Below are positions 1 through 9,588 of a DNA stretch of 64,000 bases, one piece after another. The stretch comes from Chloroflexota bacterium (lineage in GTDB: Bacteria; Chloroflexota; Chloroflexia; DAOUBH01), in NCBI GenBank assembly GCA_034432775.1, contig DAOUBH010000019.1, forward strand, positions 9,719-73,718. Direction: 5' to 3'. The translations under genes were made by a program, and so were the position numbers. Below the pieces are notes generated by a model. The model worked only from the letters and a program-made list of their open reading frames with translations. It searched no databases and was not told the origin of the DNA. The first letter of the stretch is position 1. Every line of letters begins with the position of its first letter.

Positions 1-159
1 GCCGTTCTCCTTGAGCATCCGCACCAAGGCATCTGCCGATGAGTAGGTACGAGCAAGCTCCAGGGGATCGCCTTGTGCCGCGCGAACCCAGGCATCTACC
101 CACGGCACCCTTACTTCGAGGTCAGCCAGATGCAGGTGAAAGTCTATGACGTGAGCCAC
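1..159 (-). CDS. Amidohydrolase family protein (amidohydro_2-like), N-terminal part only; runs off window edge
   Basis: Manual translation from GTG at 159: MAHVIDFHLHLADLEVRVPWVDAWVRAAQGDPLELARTYSSADALVRMLKENG. It has the DxHxH metal-binding motif and abuts the stop codon of the upstream ORF. Confidence 0.7.
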   Translation of the reverse strand, partial: MAHVIDFHLHLADLEVRVPWVDAWVRAAQGDPLELARTYSSADALVRMLKENG

Positions 160-450
160 CTAACCCCCTGCCACCAGCTTGAAAAAGTACACCTCATCTC
201 CATCTCTTAGCTCGATATCCGACATCCGGTCCCACTCTACGGATGTCCCATTCAGGGCGACCGCTGTTGGCCAATCCCACTGTGTGGCCTCCTGGCTCAG
301 CTCATCGGAAAGGGCTGGATAGCGGCGGCGAAGCAGGTCCACCAGCTCATCCAGCCCGAGCCTCTCCCGATGGGCGATGTCGACACAGATTTCACTCACC
401 CCCGTGGCGAGCGCCACTGGGCCCCCAAAGCGAACCCGGATGCAACCCAT
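160..450 (-). CDS. MoaD/ThiS-family ubiquitin-like sulfur carrier
   Basis: 96 aa ending ...LRDGDEVYFFKLVAGG with the C-terminal Gly-Gly typical of the beta-grasp sulfur carriers. Confidence 0.85.
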   Translation of the reverse strand: MGCIRVRFGGPVALATGVSEICVDIAHRERLGLDELVDLLRRRYPALSDELSQEATQWDWPTAVALNGTSVEWDRMSDIELRDGDEVYFFKLVAGG

Positions 451-467
451 CTTTCAGGCCGGTGGCC

Positions 468-1568
468 TCACTTTTCCAAGGGTTCGAAGCGGTCGGCTAG
501 ACGCTCCAAGACCTGGGGCATCGTTGTGTATTCCATCTCCGCTTCGGGCAATCGATGCGGCTCGAAGGGACCATGACGCCGCAAGTAGTCTGTAACAACG
601 CTCGCCATACGTCTCGACTCATCGAAAATCGGGTCGTCGAACATATCAGCAGGGCCTATAAGCCGCCCTTCGGAAAGCTGAAACCCTGCGGCCACCACCC
701 TGGGCGGACCATCGAAACGACTAGGATTGGCATCGGCGATGCGGCACGGCATTAGGGGGCCTTGATGAGAACCCCGCATCCATCCCTCGACTATCGCTGG
801 GAAAGCGAAAGCCTCCATTGCCTCTCCTACAGACGGGAAATCGAGCTGACACCGTACTATGCACACGGGGTCGTCCTTTCCCACGTACTTTCCCGCTATC
901 AGTGCGAGCTTCTCCGTGGAAGAAGAGGCACAGATCTCGCCAGTAGCACGGCTGTACACACGTTTCACCATGTAGTGGGACGGCGATCCGATGAGAGCCA
1001 GCAGCAGATACATCTCTTCGGGGCAATCCAGTACAACCTTCTTGTGGCCCTTCACGTCGTGCACTTCAAAGCGAAAGCCCTTCTGCATATTGGGCGATAT
1101 CACTAAACCAGCCGTGTTGAATGGGTCCGCGAACATTCTGAATAGGGGGAGGTTCCAAGCCCCGGCAGAGGTCTTGTCGGCCATGAAGACGATTACTGGT
1201 TCAGACTTCCTCTCCTCGAACTCCATCTCGGCCACTCCCGGTCCCATGCCCCGGACGTTGCCCGAAAAGGCATCGCTGAGGAGGTCCTGGCCGGCCCCAT
1301 AAAGCTTCAACTCCTTGGCAACGGCTGTGCACTGTTTGAATGTCTCCCAGGCCAATCGGTGTATATCCGGATTGTCGGTACCACGGTTATGGGTCATGAT
1401 CAGCTCTAGATCATCTCCCACCCGCGTCACATGGAAATCGATAATGCTTCCCGACTTCTTCGCCTCGGCTAGGACCTCATTGGCCCTCTCCAGAAGGGCT
1501 GGATGTATCCCCCTGTGCCCAGGAAAGCCACCCACGTCGGCCTTGATGACGCTTAAAGTTACTCGCAT
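468..1568 (-). CDS. fbp: Bifunctional fructose-1,6-bisphosphate aldolase/phosphatase (class V FBPase)
   Basis: Start trimmed to MRVTLSVIKADVGGFPGH. Motifs GDDLELIMTH, LYGAGQDLL, GNVRGMGPG, KYVGKDDP, GWMRGSH. Confidence 0.95.
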   Translation of the reverse strand: MRVTLSVIKADVGGFPGHRGIHPALLERANEVLAEAKKSGSIIDFHVTRVGDDLELIMTHNRGTDNPDIHRLAWETFKQCTAVAKELKLYGAGQDLLSDAFSGNVRGMGPGVAEMEFEERKSEPVIVFMADKTSAGAWNLPLFRMFADPFNTAGLVISPNMQKGFRFEVHDVKGHKKVVLDCPEEMYLLLALIGSPSHYMVKRVYSRATGEICASSSTEKLALIAGKYVGKDDPVCIVRCQLDFPSVGEAMEAFAFPAIVEGWMRGSHQGPLMPCRIADANPSRFDGPPRVVAAGFQLSEGRLIGPADMFDDPIFDESRRMASVVTDYLRRHGPFEPHRLPEAEMEYTTMPQVLERLADRFEPLEK

Positions 1569-1639
1569 TTTCTCACCTCCTTGCTCCGCTCGATGCCTAA
1601 CCCAATACGCTGTACCAACCGATCCGGAGTTCGGCTCCT

Positions 1640-2824
1640 CTATGCGACATTCTCGAAAACAGCAGCGATGCCCTGCCCACCGCCGATACACAGCGCAGCC
1701 ACCCCATACCTGAGACCTCGTTCCCGAAGCTCATAGGTAAGGGTGAGGGCCAACCGGGCCCCACTGGCACCAAGAGGATGGCCCAGGGCTATCGCACCAC
1801 CGTTCACGTTTACCCGATCCCAACCCAGACCTAACTCTTTAAGGACCGCCAGCGTCTGGGCAGCGAATGCCTCGTTAATTTCCACCAGGTCCACGTCTTC
1901 CAATCTCAGGTCAGCCCTTGAGAGGGCCTGCCTGATGGCCGGGGCTGGACCTATACCCATGATCTCCGGCTCAACGCCGACCACAGCCCAACTTACCAGC
2001 TTCGCCATCGGCTTAAGGCCCAGCTCTCTAGCTACACCATCAGTCGTAACGACGAGGGCCGCAGCCCCGTCGGAGATCCCGCTGGCATTTCCCGGCGTCA
2101 CTGTCCCCCCATCGCGGAAGCGGGGAGCAAGCCTTGCCAGGGCCTCCAGGCTAGTGTCTTTCCTTGGTCCCTCGTCTTCTCCGATCTGCAGTTGCACCCC
2201 TTTAGGTCCCTTTACCGACACAGGTACGATCTCTCTAGCCAGTCGGCCCGATTCTGTGGCCTTAACTGCCATCAGGTGGCTCCGGAGAGCAAACTCGTCC
2301 TGCTCTTCGCGACTCACCGAATAGCGTTCGGCCAAGTTCTCGGCGGTGATAGCCATAGGCAGCCCACAGTAGTGGTCCACCAGTGTATCCCATAGCATGT
2401 CGCTCAACATATGATTCCCCAGCGGGAGACCCCAACGCCCGTTACGTATCACATGGGGTGACTGGCTCATGTTCTCGCTCCCGCCGGCCAGACAGATGCG
2501 AGCCTCTTGTAAGAGAAGGGACTGAGCAGCTGACACGATGGCCTGTAGCCCCGAACCGCATAGACGGTTCACTGTCAACGCGGGCGTTGAAACCGGGACA
2601 CCTGCTCGGAGAGCTGCATGCCGAGCAATGTAGGCAGCATCGGCGCTGGTCTGCATAACGCTCCCGAAAAAGACCGCGTCTACTAGCCCTGGATCTACCC
2701 GTGACCTTTGTAGGGCTGCCCGCGCAACGTGGGCAGCAAGTTCTGTTGCGGTCACATCGCGAAAGGAGCCGCCAAACCGTCCGAAGGGAGTACGGGCACC
2801 GTCGATCAGCACCACATCAGCCAC
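1640..2824 (-). CDS. Acetyl-CoA C-acyltransferase (thiolase)
   Basis: NRLCGSG, NEAFAAQ, GGAIALGHPLGASG and CIGGGQG catalytic motifs. Confidence 0.95.
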   Translation of the reverse strand: MADVVLIDGARTPFGRFGGSFRDVTATELAAHVARAALQRSRVDPGLVDAVFFGSVMQTSADAAYIARHAALRAGVPVSTPALTVNRLCGSGLQAIVSAAQSLLLQEARICLAGGSENMSQSPHVIRNGRWGLPLGNHMLSDMLWDTLVDHYCGLPMAITAENLAERYSVSREEQDEFALRSHLMAVKATESGRLAREIVPVSVKGPKGVQLQIGEDEGPRKDTSLEALARLAPRFRDGGTVTPGNASGISDGAAALVVTTDGVARELGLKPMAKLVSWAVVGVEPEIMGIGPAPAIRQALSRADLRLEDVDLVEINEAFAAQTLAVLKELGLGWDRVNVNGGAIALGHPLGASGARLALTLTYELRERGLRYGVAALCIGGGQGIAAVFENVA

Positions 2825-2866
2825 GTCGTTACCCCCATTCTCCTCACTGAATTATAATGGCGACCT

Positions 2867-3937
2867 TTAGCCGGCAGCCAAGCGCGTGACTTCTTCAGCC
2901 ACCATGTCCCCTATTTGGGACGTAGAGAGCCCGCTGCGGGCATCCACCGAAGGTATTCGCCCACTGCTTAGAAGGCCGGCTATGGCAGTCTCGATGAGCT
3001 GGTGTCCACGGCTCTCACCGATGTAATCCAGCATCATGGAGGCCGCCGCTATAGTCCCCAAAGGATTGGCCACGTTCTTCCCCGCGTACTTTGGAGAGGA
3101 TCCATGGATCGGCTCGAACATAGATGTCCTCCCAGGATGGATGTTGCCCGACGCGGCGATTCCCATTCCACCCTGTATCATGGCTCCCAAGTCAGTAATG
3201 ATGTCGCCGAACATGTTCGTGGTCACAATGACATCGAACCATTCGGGATTCTTCACAAACCACATGGTACAAGCATCCACGTAGGCGTGATCCTTCTCAA
3301 TATCGGGGTACTCTTCCCCTACCTCTGCAAAGGTCCGGGTCCAAAGGTCATGCGCCATGATGACGTTAGCCTTGTCCACTAGGGTCACCCGCTTCTTGCC
3401 GTTGCGCTTGCGGGCCAGCTCGAAGGCATAGCGGACAACGCGTTCCACACCATGCCGTGTAAAGATCATTTCGGCGATAGCTACCTCATGGGGAGTCCCC
3501 CGCTTAAGGATGCCGCCTCCGCCCGCATAGACATCTTCGGTATTCTCTCGCACCACGACGAAGTTTACGTCCTCTGGCTTCTTGCCCTTTATAGGGCACA
3601 AATGCTCGGAGTAGAGCACAACTGGCCTCAGGTTGACGTACAGATCGAGCCCGAATCTAATGGCCAACAGTATGGAGCGTTCCAGGACGCCCGGCTGGAC
3701 CCTTGGATCTCCAATGGCGCCCAGCAATATAGAATCGTGCTGCCCTAACCTCTGTACGGCATCATCAGGCAAGAGTTCCCCCGTGTCCAGATAATGCTGG
3801 GCGCCATAGGGGTAATGGGTATAGTTCAGCCGAAATCCCACCACCGATGCCGCGGCGTCCAGTACTTTGATGGCCTCGCGCACCACTTCGGGACCGATGC
3901 CGTCCCCCGCAATCACTCCGATACTGTAGTTCCTCAT
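2867..3937 (-). CDS. leuB: 3-isopropylmalate dehydrogenase / beta-decarboxylating dehydrogenase
   Basis: GDGIGPEV, NLRP, RENTED, DKANV, NMFGDIITD and EPIHGSSP motifs; start trimmed to MRNYSIG. Confidence 0.8.
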   Translation of the reverse strand: MRNYSIGVIAGDGIGPEVVREAIKVLDAAASVVGFRLNYTHYPYGAQHYLDTGELLPDDAVQRLGQHDSILLGAIGDPRVQPGVLERSILLAIRFGLDLYVNLRPVVLYSEHLCPIKGKKPEDVNFVVVRENTEDVYAGGGGILKRGTPHEVAIAEMIFTRHGVERVVRYAFELARKRNGKKRVTLVDKANVIMAHDLWTRTFAEVGEEYPDIEKDHAYVDACTMWFVKNPEWFDVIVTTNMFGDIITDLGAMIQGGMGIAASGNIHPGRTSMFEPIHGSSPKYAGKNVANPLGTIAAASMMLDYIGESRGHQLIETAIAGLLSSGRIPSVDARSGLSTSQIGDMVAEEVTRLAAG

Positions 3938-3938
3938 G

Positions 3939-4724
3939 TCACCTACCTTTGAACTGGGGTCTTCGTTTCTCAAGGAACGCGCTGGTGCCTTCCACTCTAT
4001 CCTCTGTAGTAGCCACTAGGCCGAAGGCCTGGGCTTCGAAGGCATTGGCATCGTCCAGAGGCATTTCCAGACCTCTGTTGACAGCCTCTTTGATAAGCGC
4101 TAAGGCAACAGGGGCCTTGGAAGCAATATTTTGAGCCAGCGCTTTGACCTGATCCATCAGTTCGGCAGCAGGCACGACCTTATCGACCAGGCCCAGTCTA
4201 TAGGCCTCGTTGGCATCCACCATTTCTCCCGTGAAGAGGAGCAATTTGGCCCTGCCCCCTCCGACGAGCCTAGGGAGCCTCTGGGTACCACCATAGCCAG
4301 GAAGTATACCCAGGTTTATCTCGGGTTGGCCCAACTTCGCAGTATCCGCCGCAACACGAATGTCGCATGCCATAGCGATTTCACACCCTCCCCCGAGGGC
4401 ATAACCGTTGATGGCCGCAATTACTGGTTTTGGAAGCATCTCGATCCTGCGCAGCACCCGTTGCCCTTCTGCCGCCTTCCTCCGGGCCTCCTGGGCAGTC
4501 TTCAAAGCCCTCAGCTCGTTTATGTCGGCTCCCGAGACGAAAGCTTTAGGGCCTGCCCCGGTGATGACTATCACCCTGACGTCAGGATCATTTCCCAGCT
4601 CCACCAGGGCAGTATCTATCTCCCTTACCGTTTGGTCGTTTAAGGCATTTAGCACCTGAGGTCTGTTTATAGTTATTATCCCGATCGGTCCATCGCGTTC
4701 GACGATCAGGTTTTCATATGCCAT
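3939..4724 (-). CDS. Enoyl-CoA hydratase (crotonase)
   Basis: AFVSGADI, GYALGGGCE and GQPEINLGILPGYGG motifs with both catalytic Glu residues. Confidence 0.95.
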   Translation of the reverse strand: MAYENLIVERDGPIGIITINRPQVLNALNDQTVREIDTALVELGNDPDVRVIVITGAGPKAFVSGADINELRALKTAQEARRKAAEGQRVLRRIEMLPKPVIAAINGYALGGGCEIAMACDIRVAADTAKLGQPEINLGILPGYGGTQRLPRLVGGGRAKLLLFTGEMVDANEAYRLGLVDKVVPAAELMDQVKALAQNIASKAPVALALIKEAVNRGLEMPLDDANAFEAQAFGLVATTEDRVEGTSAFLEKRRPQFKGR

Positions 4725-4739
4725 TGCGTCGTACCTCCA

Positions 4740-5600
4740 TCAACCAGTAGTGTAATCGTAAAAGCCCTTGCCAGTCTTTCGGCCCAGACGGCCGGAAACC
4801 ACCATACGCTTGAGGAGCGGAGGGGGAGCGAAGCGAGGGTCCTTGAATTCCTCATAGAGGACATTGGCAATGTAATACACGGTGTCAATCCCGATGAAGT
4901 CCATTAGCGTGAACGGACCCATGGGATGCCCCAAACCAAGAGTGATGGCCTGATCGATGTCTGCCCTGCTGGCCACGCCCGACTCGAGGGCCCTTACAGC
5001 CTCCATCAAAAAGCTCAAGAGCAAGAGGTTAACTATAAAACCCGGGCTGTCCTTGCTGACAACCACTTTCTTGCCAAGGCTCTCCGCAAAGGCCCTGGCC
5101 GTCTCGAAGATAGCTGGATCTACAAGCTCGGTACGTACCAGTTCCACGAGCTTCATTACTGGTACTGGATTGAAGAAGTGGATCCCTAGAAAGCGTTCGG
5201 GCCTGCGCGTGCTGGCGGCCATCTCTGTCACCGAGAGAGACGATGTGTTGGTAGCGAATATTGTGTCCGGAGGACATATCCCATCCAAGCGCTGAAATAC
5301 CCTCTTTTTCTCGTTCATGAGCTCTATCACAGCTTCGATGACCAGGTCTCTGTCGGCGAAATCCCCGAGATCCGTGGTACCCTTTATGCGCGAAAGCGCT
5401 TCCTCTGCCTGCTGCTGAGAAAGCTTCGACCTTTCCACAGCCTTCCCCAGGGAGCTGCGGATTCGGTGCAGGCCGCGATCGAGAGTAGCCTGGTCAATCT
5501 CCACGACCAGAACATCGTATCCTGACACTGCACAGGTCTCGGCAATGCCCGACCCCATCTGTCCACAACCCACAACCCCAACCTTCCTTATAACTGACAT
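4740..5600 (-). CDS. 3-hydroxybutyryl-CoA / 3-hydroxyacyl-CoA dehydrogenase
   Basis: GCGQMGSGIA Rossmann motif, EAVIE, TNTSS, GIHFFNP, HPMGP, GRKTGKGFY. Confidence 0.95.
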   Translation of the reverse strand: MSVIRKVGVVGCGQMGSGIAETCAVSGYDVLVVEIDQATLDRGLHRIRSSLGKAVERSKLSQQQAEEALSRIKGTTDLGDFADRDLVIEAVIELMNEKKRVFQRLDGICPPDTIFATNTSSLSVTEMAASTRRPERFLGIHFFNPVPVMKLVELVRTELVDPAIFETARAFAESLGKKVVVSKDSPGFIVNLLLLSFLMEAVRALESGVASRADIDQAITLGLGHPMGPFTLMDFIGIDTVYYIANVLYEEFKDPRFAPPPLLKRMVVSGRLGRKTGKGFYDYTTG

Positions 5601-5622
5601 GTGCCCACCTCCGGACAACGGA

Positions 5623-5631
5623 TGCTATAAT
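5623..5631 (+). promoter_or_regulatory. Extended -10 promoter (TGcTATAAT) for the small basic ORF
   Basis: TG at 5623-5624 and TATAAT at 5626-5631, 40 nt upstream of ATG 5672. Confidence 0.65.
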
Positions 5632-5671
5632 ACACCCTTCGGTAGGGGAAAACAAAGTCTGGGAGGGAATT

Positions 5672-5767
5672 ATGAACAAGAGGAAAAAGATGGCCTGGCG
5701 CAAGCATCGCATGAAGGCAAAGAAGACGAAGGAAAAGCGCAAGGCAGGGACGCCGCCCAAAGATTAA
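5672..5767 (+). CDS. 31-aa Lys/Arg-rich small protein MNKRKKMAWRKHRMKAKKTKEKRKAGTPPKD (below the ORF-track cutoff)
   Basis: GGAGG SD 5 nt before the ATG, extended -10 promoter upstream, TAA stop, and it fills the gap between acd and hbd on the opposite strand. Confidence 0.7.
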   Translation: MNKRKKMAWRKHRMKAKKTKEKRKAGTPPKD

Positions 5768-5770
5768 CCC

Positions 5771-6943
5771 TCAGTCTCGGCTCAGCACCATGGGCAGGTC
5801 AAGCCCGGATAGGGCCCTAGCGATAACTACCCTCTGTATCTGATTCGTGCCTTCGAAGATGGCAAATACCACGGCATCGCGCATCATGCGTTCTACCTTG
5901 TAATCCCGAATGAAGCCGTAGCCCCCAAGCACCTGGACCGCATTGAGGCTGACACGCCTGACCATTTCTGTAGCATAAAACTTGGCCATGGACGCGAACT
6001 TGGTTACATCGGGGGCACCTTCATCGTACTTGGTAGCGGCAACGTACGTAAGGTATCGGGCCGCCTGGATCTCGGTCTCCATTTCAGCCAGGAGAGCCTG
6101 GATAGCTTGATGGTAAATGATTGGTCTACCAAACTGCACTCGCGTCTTCGCGTATTCCAGGGCCGCATCGAGAGCGCCCTGGGCAATGCCAACTGCTTGG
6201 GCAGCCACACTGGGCCTTCCCTTGTCCAGGTTGCCAAGGGCTACGCGAAACCCATTTCCCAGGCCCCCCAGAACGTTCTCCTGTGGGACCCTCACGTTAT
6301 CGTACATCATCATGCAGGTGGGAGAACCTTTAAGTCCCATCTTTTCCTCGACTTTGGCCGTGATTACCCCGGGCCAGTCGGATTCAACAATGAAGGCAGT
6401 GGGCTTACCTCTGGCATCACTACCGTCAAAGACCTTGGCGAAGACAACATGCACCTTGGCAACATTGCCTTGGGTGCAGAAAACCTTCGTGCCATTGAGA
6501 ATATAGTGATCCCCATTGGGCACCGCCCTGGTCTCTATAGCGGTGACATCGGAGCCTGCCGCAGGCTCGCTGAGCGCGAAGGCAGGCAGCCATTCCCCAG
6601 TGGCCAATTTGGGCAGGTACTTCCGTTTCTGCTCCTCGGTCCCCCATTTCACGATGGGGCCTGACCCCAAAGCATGAGTTCCGAGGATCATGGACGAACT
6701 CGCGCAAACCCTTGCGATCTCCTCGATGACAAGGCAGTGGGTCAGAAGGGATGCTCCCATCCCGCCGTACTCCTCGGGGATAGGGATCGCCAAAATATCG
6801 TTTTCGGCGAAGAGTTTCGCTACATCCCACGGGAACTCGCCCTTCTTGTCTATCTCCTCGGCCCTGGGAGCAACCTTCTCCTCCATCATCTCTCGAACAG
6901 CCTGCTTCATCATCTGTTGCTCTTCGGTCAGCTTAAAATCCAT
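5771..6943 (-). CDS. Acyl-CoA dehydrogenase
   Basis: FALSEPAAGSD, LNGTKVF, RVQFGRPI, GGYGFIRDY, IFEGTNQIQR (catalytic Glu). Confidence 0.95.
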   Translation of the reverse strand: MDFKLTEEQQMMKQAVREMMEEKVAPRAEEIDKKGEFPWDVAKLFAENDILAIPIPEEYGGMGASLLTHCLVIEEIARVCASSSMILGTHALGSGPIVKWGTEEQKRKYLPKLATGEWLPAFALSEPAAGSDVTAIETRAVPNGDHYILNGTKVFCTQGNVAKVHVVFAKVFDGSDARGKPTAFIVESDWPGVITAKVEEKMGLKGSPTCMMMYDNVRVPQENVLGGLGNGFRVALGNLDKGRPSVAAQAVGIAQGALDAALEYAKTRVQFGRPIIYHQAIQALLAEMETEIQAARYLTYVAATKYDEGAPDVTKFASMAKFYATEMVRRVSLNAVQVLGGYGFIRDYKVERMMRDAVVFAIFEGTNQIQRVVIARALSGLDLPMVLSRD

Positions 6944-6953
6944 GGTTCCCTCC

Positions 6954-9059
6954 TTAGCTTCGGGTGAGGGTCTTAGAGATCACCATAAGAGCATCCACCA
7001 CCGCTGCTCCATCTGGATAGGCAATCACCGGGTTTAGGTCTATCTCTTCTATTTCGGGGTTAGCCAGCATCGCCCGACATACCACCGTAACCAGGCGGCC
7101 AAGGGCCTGCCTGTTTACACCCTCACGTCCCCGGAAGCCCTCCAGCAGCGCCCTTCCCCGGAGCCGGGCTATCATCTGATCCACCTGCTCCTCATCTACG
7201 GGACATAGCTCTATAGCTACGTCATGGAATACTTCGGTCCACACACCGCCCAGTCCCAAAGCAACCATGGGTCCGAAGGTCGCGTCCCGCCTCCCGCCGA
7301 CAATCAACTCCACGCCAGGCGGCGCCATGCGCTGTACCACGTAGGTTCTGCCAGCACCCAAGCGCCCTTCTAGGGCAACCCAAGCCCTTCTCATTCCTTC
7401 CGGATCGTCTATCCCCAGCTCCAATGCCGCCAGTTCGGTCTTATGGGCTACACCATCTTCGCATAGCTTTAAAGCGACAGGGTAGCCTACCTCAGCAGCA
7501 GCCAACAAGGCATCCGTTAAGCTGTGAACGCGCCTTTCCTTCGGTGCCTCCATGCCATATTCAGCAAGCACCAACTTGGCGTCATGCTCGTTTACAACCG
7601 TCACACCCCTAGCTACCAAAGCCGATAGCCTGTTCGAGCGTTGTAGGTCGGGGCTAACAACGACCTTCCGCTGCGACATCCTTGATCTCTGCCGCAATAC
7701 GAGGCCTCTGTAGGCCCATACAGCACGCTCTGGCCCAGGGAAGTTTGGAATACCTGAATCGCGTAGCAGTCCAGTCACCGTAGGGTTGTCCACCGTAAAC
7801 GCCAAAATCGGCTTGCAATGTTTCTCTTTGGCAGCAGCGAGGCCATGGGCGAACTGGGCCACATCCAAACCCACATTGATGGCGATTATCCCGTCCACGT
7901 TAGGATCGGCTGCCACAGCGTCGATGCAGGCACCGTAGTTTTCTGGCGGCATCTGCGGGGTCATGTCCACAGGATTCCCGCTGGCCGCAAAAGATGGCAT
8001 CAACTCCCTTATCCGGTTTACGGTGCTTTCTTCTAACGTGGAGAGCTCAAGCCCTGCTTCCTCGCAGGTATCTGCTGCCACCACGCTGGGGCCTCCCGAA
8101 ATGGTGAGGACCACAACTCGATTGCTTTTAGGTAGGTTGCCACCCCAGGCTGACAGTGCTACAGTGACATCGAACAGTTCTGAACTGTTGTTAACCCACA
8201 CGATGCCCGCCCGTCGAAACGCCGCCTCGTAGGCCTCGGTTTGCCCTGCCATGGAGCCTGTGTGTGATGAAGCTGCCCGTGTCCCTGCCCTCGTCCTACC
8301 ACCCTTGAGGACCACAACCGCTTTCCTTGCGGTGGCCCTCTGGGCAGCCTCCAGAAAACGTCGGCCGTCACCAACGCCTTCCACGAACATGGCGATCACG
8401 CCCGTTTCAGGATCATCGGCCAAGTAATCTAGCAGGTCGGCGTAATCTACATCGATCATGTTCCCGATGCTTACAAACTTCGATATGCCCAACTGGCGCT
8501 CCCTCATTTCGCGGAAGAAGAGGCCGCCAAAGGCACCACTCTGGGAAATGAAGCTGATGTTTCCTGCGACCTTCGGCAACTCCCAGAAATAAGTGCCATT
8601 CAGATTGCCGGACAGATTGTAGATACCCATGCAGTTGGGGCCGACAAGGCGCATTCCAGCCTCCCGGGCCACGCGTCGCATTCGATCCTCGACAGCCTTT
8701 CCCTCTGGACCTGTCTCGCCAAAGCCCGAGCTCAGGATGACACCTGCAGGGACACCCAAACTGGCTGCCTCCTCTACCACTTCCGGGACGGCTGCCGCCG
8801 GCACACTTATTAGGACCAGATCTACAGGTTCAGGGATATGACTCAGGCCTGGGTACACCTTCAGTCCAAAGATCTCGCCACCGGAAGGGTTGACAGGGTA
8901 GATACGGCCGCGGAACCCGTAGTCCACCACGTTTTTCAGAAGTACGTAACCCAGTTTGCCGGGCTTGGGCGACGCGCCCACTACAGCTATGCTCGATGGA
9001 CGGAACAGAGAATCCAGTCCCCTCGCGTCACTATCGGGTCCAGAGCTGACGGCGACCAT
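6954..9059 (-). CDS. ADP-forming acyl-CoA synthetase, fused alpha-beta (acetate--CoA ligase family)
   Basis: CoA-binding N-terminus (SIAVVGAS), GPNCMG, SQSG, phospho-His motif SHTGS, NPVD, and a C-terminal ATP-grasp (ELIVGG, DLNP). Confidence 0.9.
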   Translation of the reverse strand: MVAVSSGPDSDARGLDSLFRPSSIAVVGASPKPGKLGYVLLKNVVDYGFRGRIYPVNPSGGEIFGLKVYPGLSHIPEPVDLVLISVPAAAVPEVVEEAASLGVPAGVILSSGFGETGPEGKAVEDRMRRVAREAGMRLVGPNCMGIYNLSGNLNGTYFWELPKVAGNISFISQSGAFGGLFFREMRERQLGISKFVSIGNMIDVDYADLLDYLADDPETGVIAMFVEGVGDGRRFLEAAQRATARKAVVVLKGGRTRAGTRAASSHTGSMAGQTEAYEAAFRRAGIVWVNNSSELFDVTVALSAWGGNLPKSNRVVVLTISGGPSVVAADTCEEAGLELSTLEESTVNRIRELMPSFAASGNPVDMTPQMPPENYGACIDAVAADPNVDGIIAINVGLDVAQFAHGLAAAKEKHCKPILAFTVDNPTVTGLLRDSGIPNFPGPERAVWAYRGLVLRQRSRMSQRKVVVSPDLQRSNRLSALVARGVTVVNEHDAKLVLAEYGMEAPKERRVHSLTDALLAAAEVGYPVALKLCEDGVAHKTELAALELGIDDPEGMRRAWVALEGRLGAGRTYVVQRMAPPGVELIVGGRRDATFGPMVALGLGGVWTEVFHDVAIELCPVDEEQVDQMIARLRGRALLEGFRGREGVNRQALGRLVTVVCRAMLANPEIEEIDLNPVIAYPDGAAVVDALMVISKTLTRS

Positions 9060-9062
9060 GGC

Positions 9063-9578
9063 TCAGGATGCCCGTCGGGTCACCACAAAATAGCAGTCCT
9101 CTGCCCCCATAGCCCGGCAACGAGTCTCGAGGGCTTCAACGGATCCACCCAATACTATGGTGCCGACCCCAGCGAAGACCCCTCGCACCATGTGGCACAC
9201 AGGATCCTTTGCAGGTCCGTAACCCTGGGCGAACACGGAGTTGACTAGACGAACCGTGAGCACACCGCCCCGCGGATCGCACTCTTCGATCGACAACTTG
9301 CCCCAGCCTATCTGTGCTCCCATACCAGCCATAAACGTGGCAATCTCACCAGCCGACAGATTAAGTTTGTCCCGATAGGTGGAAGCAGAAAGCTTACCCC
9401 CAGTGAACCCTCCACTGAAGAGGATTTCGGCAGTCCGCTGGTAGCCCAACGCCGACTCCATCTCCTTCTGGAGCTGCGCGACCGTCTCAGGCCGGACCAA
9501 GAAGTACCTTACGCCGCGGTAGGTGAGCTGACCCATTTCAGGGTCAAACTCCATGGTTTCCAGTATTTCGTTCCGCAT
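9063..9578 (-). CDS. V4R (4-vinyl reductase-like) domain protein
   Basis: Start trimmed to MRNEILE. GWG, PVCHMVRG and ETRCRAMGAEDCYF give the V4R Cys pattern. Confidence 0.8.
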   Translation of the reverse strand: MRNEILETMEFDPEMGQLTYRGVRYFLVRPETVAQLQKEMESALGYQRTAEILFSGGFTGGKLSASTYRDKLNLSAGEIATFMAGMGAQIGWGKLSIEECDPRGGVLTVRLVNSVFAQGYGPAKDPVCHMVRGVFAGVGTIVLGGSVEALETRCRAMGAEDCYFVVTRRAS

Positions 9579-9588
9579 CCTAGGCCCT

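Noticed and set aside
2867-3937. leuB among beta-oxidation genes as a novel-specificity dehydrogenase
   Set aside because: The motifs are those of ordinary short-type LeuB, and scattered amino-acid genes (serA, hisC, trpB2) are common in this run.
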